In this document: positions 49,393 to 62,840 of the stretch, piece after piece | Numbering within the stretch: position 1 is the first letter of the stretch | Layout: the number at the start of each line of letters is the position of its first letter | Source of the DNA: Pseudovirgaria hyperparasitica | Taxonomy: Eukaryota | Direction: 5' to 3' (one strand) | DNA length: 64,000 nucleotides | Assembly (NCBI GenBank): GCA_010093815.1 | Contig: ML996572.1 | Program-made: the position numbers and the translations under genes | The notes under the pieces: generated by a model | Databases searched by the model: none | What the model saw: the letters and a program-made list of their open reading frames with translations, nothing else | What the model was told of the DNA's origin: nothing

Positions 49393-51460
49393 ATTTGGAC
49401 GTGTGAGAGTCGGCGGAGAAGTTGAGGAGTTGTCCGTATGAGGATATCCGTTCGCTGTATCCCCGGTACCAGGACCCTGCATCTATGTCGACCCTGTTGA
49501 ATCGAGACGTAGTGTGATGGTGTGTCCAACCCTTCCTTTCACAGCCGTTATTCAACGTAGGGTCTGATCGTGTGGCTCTCACGTGGCTATTGATAGTGGT
49601 TCCACGGTCGAGCTGCGCTACGATTTTGACGTCCCAGACTTGTAAAGAGACAAGAACTTGCTGCTCCGTTAGTGGTGCTATATTATACGAGTAATGCCTC
49701 GAAGGACCACAATGTGAGCGAAAGTCGACGAGGCAAGCTTCGGCTGTTCTCAAGGTGTCTCCAAATAGCGGACAAGGGATAGGTATCTGTGGTGAGTAGA
49801 ATTGAACGGTGGGGCCCGGAAGTGCTGGAGCGGGTGCCTGATGTTCGGACACGCCGATATGTGCAAGCGTCGGGGCGGGTGTTCAAGGTGATGGGGCTTA
49901 TGTGACTGTTAAATATGGCAGAGAATGCCTGGGACGGAAGATGAACGCAACTGTGAGTGAAAAGTAGAGTGCTGGCGACGTTTGAGAGTGAAGGAGGCAG
50001 ATGCGGCACGCGGGAGGTGGTCTCAACGAACGACAAGGCAAGCCTGGAAAGGTGGAGGGGCGTATGTTGGAACGGGTTGGTGCCTGGGTATGTGGAGGCG
50101 GGCGCCAAGCTACGTATGCCAACAACGAATTGGGCTGCGACCCTCGATAATATGATAGGATCAAGTTTTGATGAAAACGGCACAGCTGTGAGATGAAATA
50201 ATTATGGATGTTATAAGATAGATACCTACTCAGCTGGATGAGAGAGGCCGGGAACAAGGCCCAGGGACCGCAGAAATGCCGGTGAGCAAACCACCAGGCA
50301 GGCGGCTGCAAAAGACTCGATCGCATCCAAAACTATCCCCCATGTTCACTCCCCATGTCTCTCTCATTTGCTGCCACGCGTGATATTGCATGATGCCTTC
50401 TCCTACGGCACTCCTACGGCATTCTGACATACCTGTTAAATCAAATGAAAGAATCTACCGCTCAATACAAGCTCCACGTAAGCTGTCCAACACATCTCGC
50501 CGCGTTTCGGCCCTATTAGGGCTCCCCTATTGCAGGTTCGCCAGCTGGCAACGAAGCCTTCCAAAGTGCGCCAATGCTCAACAACGGTTCTGAGAACGAG
50601 CTTCATACGGCCATTCTGGAAAATCAGCCTCGGACATTATTCTACCAAGAATTGTGGAATGTCTTCTTTCTGTCATCCACTGCGTCTGCGGCTGACGTTG
50701 GGGTCAGCAGAAACCTCCAATCGATTACGATCCATTGGTTGCGTTCTTTTTTGGTCCCCGTTTTGCCGCCAGAAGGATGCTGATAGTTGGGGAAAGCCTG
50801 CCCACAAGCTGGGTGTCCACGTTGCAATCCGGGCATTGTTTCACAATTCCCATCATTGACGCTTCCAACTTACAGTAATATAACATGGGGACGTCATTTG
50901 TCCGAGTGCTCACATGCCCTGACGCCGCTCACCGTTCACGACGAGGCATCACTATCCCACAAAAGAAATAAAAAGTGATCAAGACTAGCAAATCCGATCT
51001 TCAATGTTTCATGTGCACGGCTGCTAAGCCCAATGTGTACAGTATTGGCGCTGCTAAGCCTTGTTGGGTACAGAAATAGAAGAGAACATGCATTTCACCC
51101 GAGGCCGGTAGGCATTACCTAGTAGAGTGAAGATATATACATAGTAGGCTGTACTTGGCTTCGATGATAAAAGATGACACGAACAGCTCCTCCCGACCTA
51201 CATAGCGTGTGGCGTATCGCCAGGCATATCACAAGTTTTGATAATCTTCCCACGTGTCCTACCAGACGCATGTAAACGTTGTCTAATAAAAGTGAAACTA
51301 AGCGGAGCAGCGAAAACTGCGCCTCGAGTATACTTGCTTAATGCCATATTCAGTCTAGACGTATGAACAGGGTTTGATCGGGTGCATCAGGTTCATGACA
51401 GTCCGCATCGTCTGTTTCTGGAACAGCGAATATAATCTAAAAGAGCAGTGCTACTTACAT

Positions 51461-51534
51461 GGTTCGATGGTGTAGTTGGTTATCACGTCAGTCTAACACA
51501 CTGAAGGTCTCCGGTTCAAGTCCGGGTCGAATCA
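51461..51534 (+). tRNA. tRNA-Val(AAC)
   Basis: Acceptor GGTTCGA/TCGAATC, D-arm TGGTGTAGTTGGTTATCAC, anticodon arm TCAGT-CTAACAC-ACTGA, T-loop GGTTCAAGTCC, followed by TTTT. Confidence 0.96.
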
Positions 51535-52135
51535 TTTTGTTAATTTTTGCTAGTTGCGCCATCCACTCACCAATATTGCGCACAAAGTACAGAGCCTAGC
51601 TGCTCTATAAGCACCAATTTTGGTTTAAGACATCAGGGTCTGGCCCTTCGATACTCTCTTAGAGTCGTGGTTACATGAAAAGCGATTAAGATTAAATATG
51701 AGCAAGTATTTACTTATTATACGGCGTTGAGAACGAACAAAAGAGGGAGAATCATGAGAGGGCTTATCTTTTGCTTATATTGCTTGCTCTGTTTCGTTAT
51801 AGGAGCTCTAGATAATGTCAGCCAATCTTAGTAGCTAGACGAACCGTGTCATAGTTTGCAAAACAAATGGTTGACTACGATAGCAGGACTGGGGTGTTGG
51901 CATAGAATTGGCGACGGTTATATAACATGATTCAGACACGAGAAGAGAGGAGTGCCCTGTCTAAGTGGATCTTGCTCGCAATTTCCACGACGTTGCAGAT
52001 TTTACATGATGCAAACCAAAGCTACATTCGTGATTTGGTGTGCGTAGACAATAACATATGTACATGTACTCTTCGATGCATCAGCACAGTAGTGCATACC
52101 TCCTGGTCTTGAGTTTATTCTGCTAATGCAGCGAC

Positions 52136-52500
52136 TTAGACAGCGCCGGCCTTCTTCAATTTCTCTGGTAGATCCTTCTTGATTCCCTGCAGATCTGAGT
52201 TTCCTCCCACGAACTCTCCACCGATGTAGATCATTGGTACAGTGTTGGAACCGTTCTCTTGCGAAAGTGCGGCCTTGATCGCGTCGCCGTCATCTAGGTG
52301 TGACAGTTAGCACTAACACTCACACTGCCTATGGAACGTATGCTGGTACCGATTTGGTCAAGCTCCTCAACGTGGAACTTCGCGCCTTGTGCGGTCAGGG
52401 TCGCCTTCGCGGTGCGACAATATGGGCACCATGACTTGGAAAAGACTACAACGGGGTTCTCCTCGATGAGTTTGAGAGCCTTGGTCTTTGCGGCAGACAT
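52136..52500 (-). CDS. GRX1: Dithiol glutaredoxin (CPYC); 2 exons; possible N-terminally extended isoform
   Basis: MSAAKTKA..VVVFSKSWCPYC..ELDQI|DDGDAIKAAL..NTVPMIYIGGEFVGGNSDL. Confidence 0.92.
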
Positions 52501-53123
52501 GTCGGCGGGTGAAGCAGTACCGAAGTTGAAGAATCTGCGAAGGAACGACGTGGTGGGCAACTGAGCGCGTAAATGCGGCTGTTGTAGGGATGCTTGTGAT
52601 TGTGGTCGAGCTATTGAGAGTGTTGACAGAGGATACACAAGTGCGGGCGTGGTGGGGCAGACTGGCTTCTTAAGTATCGAGGGCCTTGGAGGTGATTTGA
52701 AATGGAGGATATGGCGTGCGGGCATTGATTGGGTTAGAAATGGAGGTGAGGAGCAATCAGAGTCGACTGGAGTGATGCAATTTGGTACACGACTGCTCGG
52801 TAATGCACGCCGAGTTCTGGCGTCATCCACCCCGGACGGACCTGCTGTTCCAGAACCTTTGCTACCCGTGTATGCCTGAGGCATTCAGGCAACACGGCTT
52901 CGCAGTCAATCGCAATCCAGGACCAAAGGACCATTGTCTTCGTTATATCCTGGTGCCTGCCGCGTTGTCGACTCTCTCTTTGCCTCAACAACAAATCACG
53001 ATGGGTGCGTGAACCTCTTCACGACCTAGCGAAATGGCATATGCTATCGTCAACCCCTTATCTCGCTGTCCTTGATCAACCTGCAATCCAGCGCAGGCCC
53101 GCGAGCTTCCATCCTCAGTCACC

Positions 53124-55371
53124 ATGGGAAGCACTTCCGTCCTTTCCGTCATCTTCTTCGCCGTCGCCCTACTCATTATCTTCGGCGCTGTGCTTCTTCT
53201 CATACGATACTACGTCCCACTACGATCTACGCCTTCATACATTACTGTGCCGGCCTTTCTCGCGATCGCGTTACCGGCGTCGATTATCCTCCTTGTACCA
53301 ATAGACCTTGCCAGTTGGGCACAAGAAGATGATGGGGACTTGAAGGGCATATGGCTGCCGGAAAGAGTTATCCTGGTGTCTTGGAGGATACTGTATTGGC
53401 TGACTTTCGTGTTGACATGGTATGCGCTCGTCGGACTGGTTGCTGCTAAGATGTCACTAATTGTTTGATAGGGCGATACTCCCACTCACAGGCGAGTACG
53501 CCGATTCCGGATATCGCGAACCTCGAAAGAAGCTTCTATACTCTCTCCAGAGCAATGGCAGATACTGGCTCATTATGATTGGTGCCAGTACGCTTGCTGC
53601 AGTGTACTACTTCCTCCAGAACGGCCTCGAATACCTCAGTCTCAAAGGAACAGTGATGGCATTAGCATACGCATGGGGTCTAATCTTGGCGATATACTTG
53701 ATGGGCCATGGGCTGGTTGCTATGCCACGCTGGCTGTTTCGCACGGCAAGTGTCAGTAACAGGCTTCGGATCACGCAGTCGCATGCGCCCAAGGTACTCG
53801 ATCGCCTTATGGACTCGCTGGATGAGGTGGACAAATACGAGCTCCAGGTTCAGCAACTACAATCGAAGAGAGGAGCTGTGTCCAAAACGTTCCAAGAATG
53901 GATCGACGAGCTTTCGGATGGCGTTTCGCTGCTCGAATCGAGGCCCACGATTGCTCGTGCCACCACGAATGTACCCGTCACAGTCACCGAACGTTACCTC
54001 GCCGACCTAACACGCAAGCTGAAGCGTGCACGCCACAGAAAGATGCGCTTCGTTGATGAATGGGATCGACTTGTTCGCTCTGCCCAGAACACTCAAGCCA
54101 TTCTGGATAGCACATCGACGCAACGCCTCGACTTCCCTGCCAAGGATCCCCACGACCCCTTTTTCCGCCTCAGATTCATGACCCCCTATACCCGCTACAT
54201 CCTCCATGTACACATAATGCCGATCACATACTATGCGCTCTCAGCACTGCTTTCCATCGCCGCCGTCCTCGTGATATGGTCTTCCATTGTTAAATCCCTC
54301 TCTGCAGAGCTCTCCGTCGTCGGGCTGAGCGTCGTACACAAGGGCAACTCATCCAGAATGCAGATCAGTCTAGCTGGCCAACTTACTGCGGCATTCTGGA
54401 TGCTATATATGCTTGCCTCGGCCCTCTACGCCGTCACGGAAGTCAAGATCTGGGGCAACCGCGCGCTTGTACGCCGCGGCACGTATCCCGAGTCCGCAAC
54501 CTGGTACGCGTGCCAGCTCGCCAAGCTCTCCGTCCCCCTAGCATACAACTTCATCACCTTTCTGCCGCGCGTCGTCTATCGCGCAACATGGTTCCACAAG
54601 TTTCTGGGCAGGCTGGTCGTGCTCACGCCGCTCGGCGCCGGCTTCCAAGACTACTTCCCCATGCTCATCCTTGTCCCCGTCGTCATGACGCTCTTTGGCG
54701 TGTACGGACGCGTGCGAAACGTCTTTGGCTTCGGCGCCGCCATGGTCGACGACGAAGACGGCGAGGCCGGCGTGAACAGTTCATGGCGCGAGGGCCGCGC
54801 CCTCATCGACCGCGAAATCCAAGCTCATGGCAACGCCGACGCCGTCGGCCTCGCAAACAGAATAAATACCACACCTTCTTCCTCCGCCTCAAACGCCCGC
54901 TCTCGCCCCGCTGACCGGTACACCGACGACCCATCAGCGCTAGTCCACGCAGCGACCGCAAACAGCATTACTACGTCCACACACACCCAACGCACCCGCC
55001 TCGAACGCGCCACGCGTCAGGCCCGCATGGCAGAGGAGGAACAAGACGCTGGCGGATTCTTCGATGATCTGGGCAGTCGGCTGAGGAATACATTCGATAC
55101 CATGGAGCGGCCGAGGTGGATGATGGGTAGTAGTAGTGGTGCTGGTGCTGGTGCTGGTACTGGGAACAGCGACATGCCGCCGAGTCCGGACGAGCCTGCC
55201 GGGGGCTGGTTTGAGGGGCTAGGTGGGAATGGGGGTAATAATGCGCATGGTGGTCGCATTCTTGGTAGTAGTGCTGCTGCTAGGGGACAGCAGCAGCAGC
55301 AGCAGCAGGAAGGAAGCGGACTGCGGCGTTGGTTTGGCGGCGGGGGAAACGAAGGGCGTGTTAGACTTTGA
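53124..55371 (+). CDS. LMBR1-domain membrane protein (LMBRD2-like); 2 exons
   Basis: Multiple TM segments, LPASIILLVPIDLAS, WRILYWLTFVLTW|AILPLTGEYADSGYREP, LMGHGLVAMPR. Confidence 0.85.
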
Positions 55372-56562
55372 AGATGAAATAGAGCATTGTTTTCTTTCTC
55401 TTTTACTCTTTCTTCTCTTCTTGGAAATGAATTCCCCTGGAATTTTCGAGGATAGAAAAAGAGAAGTGTGTGTACGTAGTAGTTAGTATGTGTATGAGTA
55501 CATGGATCATATGTTCAGTATTGAAGCTAAGAACACACACATGAATCGTTTGTGGCATTGGGATGGGGGTTTTTCTTTTGGGGGGACAGGGGGGGCGAAG
55601 AAGGTGCTGCTGCTGTCCTGAGGTGGATTGGGAGCGGGAGTCATAGTCATAGTCATAGTCATCATACCTGTGTGGGCGCGTTGTTGAAAGCCTGTCTTAC
55701 TACTTATTGCATGCATGGCATATTTTGAATGATAGAGGAGTGATAATTAGCAATCATGGTGTTTACATTAATTTAGTGGGTTTTGGGCCACTGTTGAATT
55801 CTCGCTGGTGATTTGGAGTGTCTGCTGTCCCGTAGTTGCTTACAGTGTCGATTCACTACTTAGTTAATTAGTACGACTGACCGACTGGTTCAGTTAGGAC
55901 CGGCTGATATGCATGCATCCATACATTACATGTCACACACCACTCACTAGATATTCAAGCCGAGGTGATTAATGCATCCACTTTCATTCCTTACGTGATA
56001 CAACATACTGATGCCGTCTACCAATACAAGCGGGGGAAAGTCAAGGTGCCCACCACCAGCAGGACTTTGACGTTGCAACCCTCTCGATGGTGAGAATAAG
56101 CCTCCAGATCGGCCCTTCACCCATGCCGCACCCTGTAGACCTGCATATCCAACATCACGTCCCATGCAATCGCGCTTTTCTCATGCGCCGTCGTGTTTTG
56201 CGCGGAAAAAATCTTTTTTTTTTTCATTCTTCGTTCATGTCCTCCAGTACAAAGTAGATCGAGGGGGGAAGGGTTTGCGAAGCCAGTCGTGTCCCAATGC
56301 GCAAGAACAAACGAGAAAGAAACAAAGGGCATCGAGAATATGCCGTAATTGGGAATCATAGGACATGTTCTTCGGCAGAAGTGTCCGAATGCGCAGGGGC
56401 TGTGTTCATGCTTCTGTGAATTGCTCGTATCAACCTAATCGTCGAACTGTACGGCCAAGAAGCGCTCAGGTATTCGGCGCGGTCGCTGATGTGTGAATCG
56501 ACGCTATAAGATGGCAAACGACGAACGACAAGGAGTAGTCTTTGCGTGTTCTTCGTCCAGCC

Positions 56563-58603
56563 TCAGGCCGTTGGACGCTCTGGGGCTGGCCGGTCTGGTC
56601 GTTCTGGCCGTTTCTTTCCGCGGTTCAGAGACTTCATTCTGCCAAGAAAGCCTCCGCTCTGCTTGACCTCACCATCTCCGCTGTCAGATGTGAGCCTACG
56701 TTCGAGACCGTTACGCATTGGGGAGCTAGGTGCACGCGGTCGTCCAGTCTTAGCATCCTCTGCAATTCTGATTGTCGTGCCCTTCTTCTCATATGCATCG
56801 TCATAATCTTCGAAGAACGGATTTTGTTCACCAGCCTTAGTTATACCTCCTGCACTCTGAACTGTCCTAGAGGGCATAGCCTCTTCAGGAGAATTGACGC
56901 CATTGTTGTATCTGGGCTCTCCTGTCCCGATACGCGGTGCGCCATCCGCGAATCCGCCTCGACGTGGCTGTGAGATTCCTCTGATGCGTTGTGCGAGTGA
57001 CTTCTTTCGCGATAGGCCGTTGCTTTGGAGCACCGCAGTTTCGTTCTCTGAGTCCCGTCGTTGCATGGCTGATCTTGACGCTGGAGCGCCCTCTAAGAAG
57101 GTCGAAGTGCCTAGACCAGCTGTCTCTTCACCGTGAACAGGTTCGATGAGGCCTTTTGGGTTGACGATGGCAGAGCGTTCGCTCTGAGGTAGTTTGGCGC
57201 GAAATGTGAAGGGATCTTGACCCGTAGTCCGAGCATTATAGTCACCAAATGCATCAGGCTGTCTACCATGGATCCGATCGATATCAATTTTGTTGTTGAC
57301 TGGACCAGAGCCACCCATTGCCATGTTCGCTGAACCCATTGGAAAAGCTTGCATGGGAGCGCGGTGGTCCTTCTTGCGGTTTCGATGAGGGTTGCAAGCG
57401 TCGAACGGGCCGTCATGATGGAAGACTAGAGTGGTCAGTGTGTCGTGCTAGCTTGTGACAAGGACATGTACTTACGTCCAACGCCATACAGACCGGTGGC
57501 GTCAAGCTTGTCGATCGTGTCAAGACCATGAGGTTTCTTAGTCCGTTGGCTACGAGTGTCGCGTGACTTGCCATCTTTGCCGCGATCTCCTCTCTCGCGC
57601 TCGCGTTCCCGACGACGTTCACGTCGCCTGCGTTCCTCTTCAGCAGTAAGAGAGCCTTTGTCAATTATTGAGGATTCGGAGTTGCGTCGAGGTCTGCGGT
57701 TTTCACGTCTTTCTAGGCTTTCAAAAGGACCACGCTCATCACGAGGTGGGCGTGGTCTCGAAGGGCGTGCATCGACCCTCCCATCCTGTTGTTCTTGGGA
57801 TCGTGATGGGCGGTGGTTTTGTGGTGGAGGCAGCGTTCCTGCGCGCGGTGGTGGATTCATACGTTGCTTGGGCTCTGTTGGGGGTAAGTATCTGTTTGGC
57901 AGCAAAAAAAAGCTCGACTGCAAGCACGTACCATTGCTTCTGGTGTCAATGGCGTTCCCGTTGAGCTTCATGTTCTTCTGTGGATAGTAGTTAGAAAACA
58001 TGTGCACAAAGCTGCCAGACCTGGATAACAGGACGGAAGTGGCCTTGAGAAAGGAATGAAGTTTGCGGGATAAAAAAAGGAGGGAGGGTGCACAACGGTA
58101 GCGGCAGTTTGTAGGTGGGCAGGGGTCTGGACGTACAAAAAGCTCATCGACGTGACTTTCAACTTCGACCTTGTTCGGCGAGCCATTGTGTGCAGGGTCC
58201 ATTCTGTCAAAGAAAGGAGGGCTTGTGCGACTTTGGAGAAAGCCTGGAGAGACAGAATCTTGTTCGAAGTTTGCTAGAAAAGGATTTCGCGAGACTGGGC
58301 GGTCTCCCGGCGCGCTGTGTGTGCTTCCTGGCGTGTCTAGAGCCGGAGAGGTGACTGCAGGCGAGCGATTGCGGAAAGGATTGTTGGAGGAGAGCTCGAG
58401 AGTGAGGTGGGGAGAGGGTCTCCGATCTGTTTTAAAGTTGCAGGTCAGCAATGCGCTCTCTGGGCATATTAGATGAATTAAGTGGCAAAATGCAAGGTAG
58501 CTGGGATTGGTGTCGCGGATACAAAGAACCGTGTGTGAAACAGGAGATGCGGTAGCGCCGCAGTGGACAAGGAAAACGCACCTTGAACATGAAACTGCGC
58601 CAT
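56563..58603 (-). CDS. PAL1: Pal1 cell-morphology/endocytosis protein; multi-exon
   Basis: Repeated NPF motifs, RPRRNSESS, LDTIDKLDATGLYG|FHHDGPFDACNPHRN..APMQAFP..SAN, HGEETAGLGTSTFLEGAPASR. Confidence 0.85.
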
Positions 58604-61000
58604 GGCTAGGACAGAGAGATTTGTTTGCCTAGATTGTCGTTGTTGATCGTTGAAGGAGAAAAGATGGCTTGTTTATTTATTCCGTACGGTACAGCTTAGC
58701 GGTGTGATTGAAGTAGGGAGAATGGCCGGTGATTTGGGGAGCGTGGTTTAATACGACAGGGAATGGGTGCGCGCTCTGAAGTGGTGGATCCGAGTCTCTG
58801 GGGCTGCGATGACGCTTGAGGGCGGTTGGCGCCAATCTGGCATATAAGGGTACAGCCGCGAACTGCGACGTAAAGGAGCCGAAGAGTGGGACACAGAGGT
58901 CGTCCCAACGCACCACTCGGCACTGATTGCGTGCTGGTTATTCAGTAAATGCAGCAATGTGCTGTAGTGAGACAAGATGGTGTTGAGGCTGTATTCCAAT
59001 AATGACTCGTCGGGGATAGAATGCTGGGCTGGCGGCGCTCCAATGGAAAATAGAATGGCCAGGGCGTCCGGCCGTGGACGAGGATTGAGAGTATATACGT
59101 ACTCACACGCACACGAGACGCAGGAGGGGCAGAGGTATTATGCTGGCGGTTAATAAGTGTGTAACAAGACTGGAGCGGATGATGAGATGTCTGATGGAGG
59201 CGAGAGCGGAAATATAGTGGTTGTCTAGGGCGATCGAAGGGCGGAGTAGGCAGAGTGAGGGTGGACCCAGTGGAAGAGCCAGAGTCGATATTGCTTCGGT
59301 CTTCCAAGTGGGACGGACTGGACGACAGAGTGAACAGAGTGACAGACAGGCGCGGAGGACAAGACAGAGAAGGAGAAGGACGAGGAGAGAGGGAGGAAGA
59401 GAGAAGGATAGAAGTTTGTTCGTCACTCGGATCGTTCCTCGGGCTTTTGGCTTTTGGCTTTTTGGCTTTTGGGGTTTTCCAGGCGTTCTGGCGTTTGTTT
59501 CCTCTTGGCAAGAACAAGAGGCAAGGTAAGGTAGGGTAATTATACGCCGCGTTCTCAGGAGGTGAAGTGTATAATAATAATAATGTGAGGGACACTGACA
59601 CACACACCCTTTCTCTTCTTGTCTTCTCCGGCAGCAATAAAGCTTCGATCACGGGAACAGGGGGGAGGGGGCTGCAAGGGATCATGATCTATTAACCTAT
59701 TTCTATTACAAACGGCATAAATGACACAAATGACCAGGGCGCATCACTTAGTCGGCCTGTTAATTACTACTACGGTATTAGTATTACCCCTACGACTGTA
59801 TTCCTGTCGTTCCAGGGATGGTAATTAGTAATTATACGGTATACCTTAATTAGCTACTCACGATGATCAGTCAGATATGATGGGGCGGTGCTACTTACTC
59901 CCAGTCCCAGCTGTCTCTCGTCCGCCTTGTGACTTCGTATTCTCTACCTACTACTCCTTGAGCTGAAACGCAGAAACCGCCGTCTATTGCGGTCCAGACT
60001 TTCTTGCACTGTATCGTTTGTCCTGTGCGTAGTCCGAGTCTGAGCCTCTGAAGAAAGCTCCGAATTGCCGTGGTCCCATCCCAGGCTTGGACTGGAGGTC
60101 GGTTGAGGCCTTATGGATCTGAATTGCTCGACTTGGATACCTCACTCTCGGCGTTCCACTGTTCACCACATTGAATCCTGAATAGGTAACGGGCCCAGTG
60201 GCTTCGGACTAGGCTGCACGCCAGAAGTCGGAACGTGACTGAAGTGTGGGGATGTCGGTGGTCCCTGGATGGCAGAAATGCTCGTCTGGCTGCAAGCTTA
60301 GCTAGCTGCTCGGTAATCTTTGTCTTGACCTCATCCGAGCCATACGAGTAGCATCAGGTACAGAGCAGATCATGGCCGTTGATCGTGGAGTTTGCGTACA
60401 AGGTAAAGTCAGCGAGAGATGCTGCTCTCTAGAGTATGACGATTACAAGCCTGCATTACAGTATCACAAAGCAAGCAAGCAAGCACAGGTGGGCTTTGTC
60501 AACATGACATGCAAACACACACGCAAAATGCCACCACCACCACGTCAAGCCAGCCAGCTGCAGCCCACTAATTACCTACAGTAAGCCTAGCTACTCTCCT
60601 GTCTGTATGTACTGTAAGAAGCCCACCTGGCTGCTGACCCCGCCCCGGTCACCCCGGACTTTTTTTTGGGGAGGGGGGGTTAGCTAGCTAAAAGAGAGGG
60701 GTATGGCGCCGGTGTCGGTGCCAAATGCACACGCTAATTCCACTGCTACAGTACAGCCCACCTCAGTCGGCACTGGGCAGGGTATGCAGCTATTCTGGCT
60801 TAGGCCTAGCCAGCCACAAGGACAGCCCTAGGCGGGTGCGGGTCTACCTAGGGGACTATTAGGGCTAGGCAAGGCGTCGGCCGCCTCAACTTCTTCCTCT
60901 TCAGACCTCGTCTATCATCATCCACTGCAATTGGCATATTTGTTGCATCTGCAATACCACTATCAAACAACAACCTCCTACACCCACTACTGGAAGGGAT

Positions 61001-61462
61001 ATGGCTGAGACACAGAGCCCATCTGTTCAGGACATCCGTTACGGTGGCTTTACGCGCTTCGAGCTCGAGCTGGAGGTATGTCCATCATCTCACCTAATTA
61101 CCTGCTCCGTCCGTGTCTATACTAATAGCCATTCTCAGTTCGTTCAGTCTCTAGGAAACCCGCTGTATCTGAACCACTTAGCTGCGACGCAAAAGGTCTT
61201 TGACAACCCGGAATTTATTGCTTACATCGATTACTTGCAATACTTTCAGCTCCCTCAGTATGCAAAATATATCGCGTACGCCTTCCTGAACTCCAACCAG
61301 CCTCCATGCCCTCTGCTGACGTCAACTAGCTATCCTGGCCCAGCCTTGCGCAATCTCGAGCTCCTCAAGCAGGAAACTTTTCGTAAACACATTGTTGACG
61401 TCGGTCTAGCTCAGGCCATGTTCGAGCAAGGCATCATAGCTGGCAAACGCGATCAGTCGTGA
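61001..61462 (+). CDS. MED31: Mediator subunit Med31/Soh1; 3 exons (introns 61076-61138, 61276-61329)
   Basis: YGGFTRFELELE|FVQSLGNPLYLNHLA..PEFIAYIDYLQYF..YAKYIA|YPGPALRNLELL. Confidence 0.92.
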   Translation: MAETQSPSVQDIRYGGFTRFELELEVCPSSHLITCSVRVYTNSHSQFVQSLGNPLYLNHLAATQKVFDNPEFIAYIDYLQYFQLPQYAKYIAYAFLNSNQPPCPLLTSTSYPGPALRNLELLKQETFRKHIVDVGLAQAMFEQGIIAGKRDQS

Positions 61463-62840
61463 ACGTAGTTTCTAAACTGACTTTCAAGCTCAACGCGCCA
61501 CTCAACGCACACGAGTATCATGTCTCGTATCATACCACAGATCGACAGAAACGTCGACCACATCAAGGCAGTTCATTTTCCAGGGTCTCGCAGAATCGGA
61601 CACGATGCGATCTTCGCTCGGCAATTAAACTTTCGGGGTCTCGGCGATCGCCATCACTCGAGTGAAAATGACCCCTGCCACCCTGCCGAATCCATCAATC
61701 AATCAATCCTACAGCCTGTGCTGAGTATTGACTGTCCCGGACTTAAGTCGACTGAGCATGAGGTTTCTCTTGGCGGTCGAACCTGCTTTAATCGGCAAAA
61801 TCACGTCTTTGTGGGTGCTAGACTGCCGGGTTCCTTCCGGTGGTGTACTTCCCATGCCACCAGCTCGAGAATTAATGAGGAAACATCAAAACTCGCAACA
61901 AAATATCATTCTAATACCATACTCTACTTGGCAAGCTGCGAATAATATCGTACCACAATTAGTATAAGTCGTTGGACATGGCGTGCGATCCTGCTTCAAT
62001 CCATGTCAATTTTCGTGCAAATATAGCTTTCCTTAAGCTCTAATATCCATTCAGCATTCTTGGCATCTTAAATGTATCTCCAGTCCTTATTACTCCCTCG
62101 AGTCCCGACGATACTTTGAAGACTATTCTCGAAGCCTCTCAGAGTTATAGTGAGAGAGAATTGGGTACAGTTTCCAGACGGCTTGCTGGGACACAGTATT
62201 CCAGGGCATCAAACCAATCAGACTTTCCACGGGGTCAAGAAGTTTCGAACGCTGTAGTATGGAAGAGGAGATTCTTTCGTGTTATGGAGTTTCAAGTCCC
62301 TGCTCGAAGCTGTCATATAGGTAATATGCTACCTTCTGTCACGGTAGCATCCATTTGGAATAGAAGCACAGTATTCGGCTCTGCTTTCACCTCGGAATCG
62401 CTTCGATGATGCTCTTGCCTCTCTCACAGCACACTCAAGGCCTCGTCTTTCTACCCGACTACTGTACAGCGCTCTACGTTCTTATGGCATTGAATAGGTT
62501 GACCAATGTGTCGTGCACGCAGAGCTATACATCCTAGGACCAATGCTAAATACTCCTTGGTAGAGACTTGCACGCACTCAGTCCTTGACTTTAATGATAT
62601 CTGGATCTCTTTTGAGCTTTTCAGCTCTTCCGGTATCTATCTATTTATAGCCGGCGTTCGGATCGGACATAAGCACTATAAACCACGCGGCCCTCTCAAC
62701 AATGTCAATCCTGCAGTTCCGGACATCACATCCTACAAGTATCTCCAAGGACCTAGAAAACTCCTCGAGCTATAACCTTCCCCGGTCCTACGACCTTTCG
62801 TCATTCTTTCCGGGGCCTATCCCTCGCCCGAGAGCCCACC

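Noticed and set aside
58677..60584. Short ORFs upstream of PAL1 (and likewise upstream of MKK1, about 49.4-51 kb)
   Set aside because: Low-complexity UTR or promoter sequence with no recognisable protein features
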